Below, in pieces: positions 32,604 through 34,250 of a DNA stretch of 34,250 nt (its first letter is position 1; each line of letters opens with the position of its first letter). A program made the translations under genes and the position numbers. This stretch comes from an uncultured Bacillales bacterium (GTDB lineage: Bacteria; Bacillota_I; Bacilli_A; RFN20; CAG-826): the NCBI GenBank assembly GCA_946401755.1, contig CAMIVH010000002.1, forward strand, positions 1 to 34,250. The letters are read 5' to 3'. A model generated the notes under the pieces. The model was given only the letters and a program-made list of their open reading frames with translations. It made no database searches and was not told the DNA's origin.

Positions 32604-32679
32604 CGCGGAGTAGAGCAGTGGTAGCTCGTCAGGCCCATAACCTGGAGGTCGCAGTGTTCAAATCCTGCCTCCGCAACCA
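32604..32679 (+). tRNA. initiator tRNA-fMet (anticodon CAU) with non-canonical details
   Basis: CGCGGAG...CTCCGCAACCA gives the C1xA72 mismatch typical of bacterial initiators. It is close to the Bacillus-type initiator sequence overall. It has C33, only two G:C pairs next to the anticodon loop, and one extra nucleotide (t32655) in the T-arm. Confidence 0.85.
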
Positions 32680-32688
32680 AACGTTTAC

Positions 32689-32735
32689 TTACAGTATCGA
32701 TAATAATCGGTACTGTTTTTATTTATTTGTGATAT
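32689..32735 (+). repeat. hairpin family B, copy 1 (terminator plus atttatt and a downstream -10-like box)
   Basis: 24 of 26 hairpin positions are identical to 34191-34216. The flanking tt...tttttatttatt context is shared. Confidence 0.75.
32691..32721 (+). terminator. strong intrinsic terminator after tRNA-fMet (hairpin family B, copy 1)
   Basis: Stem acagtatcgat / atcggtactgt (11 bp including one G:U), loop aata, then ttttt. Confidence 0.85.
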
Positions 32736-32738
32736 AAT
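32730..32738 (+). promoter_or_regulatory. extended -10 element (TGaTATAAT) upstream of the antiporter leader
   Basis: tgatataat at 32730-32738. No good -35 box, as is common for extended -10 promoters. Confidence 0.4.
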
Positions 32739-32788
32739 CACCACTGGGAATGATGTCTCCCTTCTAGAAATAGAAAACCGCAAGAATT

Positions 32789-32835
32789 AGCTGATGACGT
32801 CTATGACTTATTTTGTCGTAGAAATCAGCTTTTTA
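32789..32835 (+). promoter_or_regulatory. terminator-like hairpin within the antiporter 5' leader (candidate attenuator or riboswitch expression platform)
   Basis: Outer stem agctgat (32789-32795) / atcagct (32824-32830). Inner stem tctatgac / gtcgtaga, loop ttatttt, followed by ttttt. It lies between the -10 element and the RBS (ggaaaggag, 32847-32855). Confidence 0.5.
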
Positions 32836-32859
32836 ATTTCTATGATGGAAAGGAGAATT

Positions 32860-34059
32860 ATGAATATATTCTTATCTTTATTTATCATCTTTGGTGGTGG
32901 AATACTTGGTGGTTTTGTTTTTGAAAAGATTAAACTCCCTAAACTGGTTTGGTATATCATCCTTGGGATATTAATCGGACCATCATTATTAAATATCGTA
33001 GATGATACACTTTTGTCTATTTCTTCTTACTTAAGACAAGTGGCGTTAGTAATTATTCTCACTAGATCAGGTTTATCTCTAGATATTAATAATCTCAAAA
33101 AGATTGGAAGACCCGCCATATTAATGTGTTTTGTGCCGGCATGTTTTGAAATAGTGGGCATCACCATATTTGCCCCTCTATTCTTAGGAATATCCCATTT
33201 AGAAGCTATGCTTCTTGGTTCCGTTCTTGCTGCGGTGTCTCCAGCGGTTGTCGTTCCAAGAATGATTAAATTAATGGAAGAAGGATATGGTAAAGAGCAT
33301 AGCGTTCCTGAACTAGTTATGGCTGGAGCATCGTGTGATGATATCTTCGTTATCGTTCTTTTCTATTCGTTTAAGAATCTTGTAGCAACATCTACATTTG
33401 ATGCTTGGGGAATATCACAAATTCCATTTTCTATAGTGACTGGAATCGCTTTAGGCATTGGTGTTGGTCTATTAATGGTCTTAATTATCCGTTATCTAAA
33501 ACTAAATAAAATCATTAATGTCATATTTATGCTTGGTTTATCTTTTGGTATGCTAGCGTTAGAGCAAGCTCTAAAACCATATTTTAGTGTCTCATCTTTA
33601 CTCGCAATTATCGTTATGGCTTTAGTGGTGAATATCTTTAAAAAAGAAGAAGCTAAAGAAATCCAAAAAACTTATAACGGATTATGGCAGGGTTTTGAAA
33701 TATTACTTTTCGCTTTAGTGGGTATAGCCACAGATGTTCATTATGCTTTTTCTAAAGAAGGCGCAATCATCGTAGGATTAATCTTTATCGCACTAATATT
33801 CAGAAGTGTAGGTGTGATATGTTGCGTGATAGCCACGAAGTTTACCTCAAAAGAAAAGATATTTATTATCATTTCATATTTGCCCAAGGCAACAGTGCAA
33901 GCTTCAATTGGCGCGATTGCATTGAGTGAAGGCTTAAGTTGCGGAACATTAGTTCTTACTGCCGCGGTGGTGTCAATATTAATTACCGCTCCACTAGGGG
34001 CTATATTGATGGATTCACTTTACAAGAAATTATTAAATAAAAATGAGCCAATTATCTGA
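32860..34059 (+). CDS. cation:proton antiporter (Na+/H+ exchanger superfamily)
   Basis: About twelve-TM protein with a typical CPA N-terminus (FGGGILGGFVFEKIKLPKLVWYIILGILIGPS). Start moved to the ATG at 32860, behind a strong RBS. The track's start at 32794 lies inside the leader hairpin. Confidence 0.85.
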   Translation: MNIFLSLFIIFGGGILGGFVFEKIKLPKLVWYIILGILIGPSLLNIVDDTLLSISSYLRQVALVIILTRSGLSLDINNLKKIGRPAILMCFVPACFEIVGITIFAPLFLGISHLEAMLLGSVLAAVSPAVVVPRMIKLMEEGYGKEHSVPELVMAGASCDDIFVIVLFYSFKNLVATSTFDAWGISQIPFSIVTGIALGIGVGLLMVLIIRYLKLNKIINVIFMLGLSFGMLALEQALKPYFSVSSLLAIIVMALVVNIFKKEEAKEIQKTYNGLWQGFEILLFALVGIATDVHYAFSKEGAIIVGLIFIALIFRSVGVICCVIATKFTSKEKIFIIISYLPKATVQASIGAIALSEGLSCGTLVLTAAVVSILITAPLGAILMDSLYKKLLNKNEPII

Positions 34060-34188
34060 TGGGTTTATTTTGCTTTTTATTTATAAAATTTTTCAATAAA
34101 TAATAAACTTATCGATTATTTAAGGCTGTCCGGATTTTCATAAAAGTGTCCGGATGTATCAAAATAGTCCAAGAAGCTCAATCACATA

Positions 34189-34237
34189 TTACAGCATCGA
34201 TAAAAATCGGTACTGTTTTTTTATTTATTATTGTAAA
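34189..34237 (+). repeat. hairpin family B, copy 2
   Basis: See 32689-32735. It is followed by atttatt and a taaaat-type box, as in copy 1. Confidence 0.75.
34191..34222 (+). terminator. intrinsic terminator (hairpin family B, copy 2)
   Basis: Stem acagcatcgat / atcggtactgt (one C:A mismatch), loop aaaa, then seven T residues. Confidence 0.7.
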
Positions 34238-34250
34238 ATAACTACATGAA

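Noticed and set aside
32794-32859. N-terminal extension of the antiporter ORF (track start at 32794).
   Set aside because: The extra 22 codons lie inside the leader hairpin and T-run and lack an RBS. The ATG at 32860 follows ggaaaggag and starts a typical CPA N-terminus.
1-34250. Searched the whole window for hallmarks of mobile elements or known defence systems: transposase, integrase, recombinase, phage structural genes, restriction-modification, reverse transcriptase, helicase-nuclease pairs, toxin-antitoxin pairs, cas genes.
   Set aside because: None of the translated ORFs shows such motifs. The only mobility-like signals are the diverged direct repeats reported as findings.

Overview
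AT-rich sequence (about one-third G+C by eye, not computed) from a low-GC monoderm bacterium. It looks Firmicutes/Tenericutes-like, such as Erysipelotrichia or Acholeplasma; this is a guess, not an identification. The genetic code is standard: TGA ends several ORFs and Trp is TGG. Genes are tightly packed, with many ATGA/TAATG start-stop overlaps.

Content from left to right:
- a membrane alpha/beta hydrolase
- a TetR / ABC ATPase / FtsX-permease operon
- a lipid-modification cluster: a GT8 glycosyltransferase fused to a PlsC-type acyltransferase, a CrtO-like acyltransferase, and a convergent class-3 aldehyde dehydrogenase plus YhhN lysoplasmalogenase operon
- a membrane GGDEF protein
- two lipoproteins with Ser-rich linkers (a 5'-nucleotidase and an M6-like metalloprotease) flanking an SDR
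- a tRNA cluster (Ala, Ile2-like CAU, Ser) containing an 83-aa FakA/YloV C-terminal fragment
- a roughly 7.7 kb segment with accessory character: a 111-aa orphan, a 983-aa secreted lipase-like protein ending in (GGN)n glycine-rich blocks, a truncated GNAT copy, and a 1140-aa MacB-type fused ABC protein with a roughly 650-aa extracytoplasmic domain
- the intact GNAT, then mntP, a MATE exporter, a CotH-like lipoprotein and tRNA-Met
- a housekeeping block: zinc-ribbon/TM2 protein, rsmE, an unknown ORF, mtaB, rpmF, deoC, rpsU (missing from the ORF track), initiator tRNA and a cation:proton antiporter

I found no CRISPR array, transposase, integrase, phage gene or recognisable defence-system enzyme. 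The best candidate for something undescribed is the segment next to the tRNA cluster (about 15.5-23.2 kb). It is bounded by nested diverged direct repeats and pairs the lipase/polyglycine protein with the giant-ectodomain MacB-type ABC. All family calls rest on motifs read from the translations; no database search was possible.
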